Assembly (NCBI RefSeq): GCF_001194135.2
Contig: NC_068982.1
Span: forward strand, 158,887,802-158,923,176
Source of the DNA: Octopus bimaculoides
Taxonomy: Eukaryota
DNA length: 35,375 nt
Direction: 5' to 3'
Part shown: positions 34,787-35,375 of the stretch, one piece after another
Numbering within the stretch: position 1 is the first letter of the stretch
Layout: each line of letters opens with the position of its first letter
Position numbers and translations under genes: made by a program
Notes under the pieces: model-generated
What the model was told of the DNA's origin: nothing
Seen by the model: the letters and a program-made list of their open reading frames with translations, nothing else
Database searches by the model: none

Positions 34787-34880
34787 GTGTGTGTGTGTAT
34801 GCGTGTGTGTGTGTAGATATTTATATATATATATGTGTGTGCGGGTGTGTGTGTGTGTGTGTGTGTATGTGCGGCAGAAT
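34787..34880. repeat. (TG)n/(TA)n microsatellite after gap
   Basis: Direct. Confidence 0.95.
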
Positions 34881-35375
34881 GCGAATGTGTAAATTTGCAT
34901 ATATTTGTACATTTTTATCTAGATCTGTAAGTAAATATAAAGACATATATATATCGTATAAACAGTTTAAATATATGACATTCTCAAATGTTATTGATAT
35001 AGATATATTTACAATATATTTAAGGTAACAATATTCGAAGCTTACACAATGTGAAATATTAAATTTATAAGCGTACTTGTGTAAAATATTCATAGTTTAG
35101 AATTGATTCCGGGCGTGTTGCGAATGTAGAGAAAGAAATCAATTTCACGGGAAATTGCTCTTTTTATTAAAATGACGATAACAGTCTGGCGCCCAATTTT
35201 GCTATAAACACACACCGCATGTGCACACACATATGCACACATATACCCACGCAACAATCAGTACATGTAAATGCGTGTATGCTTCTCTAAATCCGCACGC
35301 GCGTATATATATATGCATGTATATATCATACAAAAAGACCACCTTTTTTGTATTTATTTTTACTCGCATATATAT

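Noticed and set aside
1-35375. CRISPR arrays, tRNA or rRNA genes, prokaryotic systems
   Set aside because: No repeat-spacer arrays; tRNA-like segments are SINE heads without a full cloverleaf; the sequence is eukaryotic repeat-rich DNA.

Overview
AT-rich, microsatellite-rich eukaryotic DNA with many N gaps. The SINE families and repeat style suggest a cephalopod, probably Octopus (inferred from recalled family consensus, not a database hit). No host protein-coding gene could be identified with confidence; most supplied ORFs are microsatellite or gap artefacts. Transposon remnants: a dead mariner (769-1980) with an RTE-like piece beside it, R4/Dong-like restriction-endonuclease LINE fragments among (TAA)n tracts, a 5'-truncated Penelope-like element (RT + GIY-YIG, 7834-9805, minus), a second very decayed Penelope-like RT (~20250-20700), about ten tRNA-type SINE copies, a mariner derivative built from two 5' ends (23900-24735) and an APE+RT LINE (32466-34417). 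The best finding is two different non-canonical, minimal type I hammerhead-ribozyme-like motifs. One lies at the Penelope 3' end (core CUGUUGA). The other occurs once in each arm of a 98-bp foldback at 22113-22317 and has a swapped G3:C8 core (GUGAACA). Both would be missed by a CUGANGA search; self-cleavage is untested.
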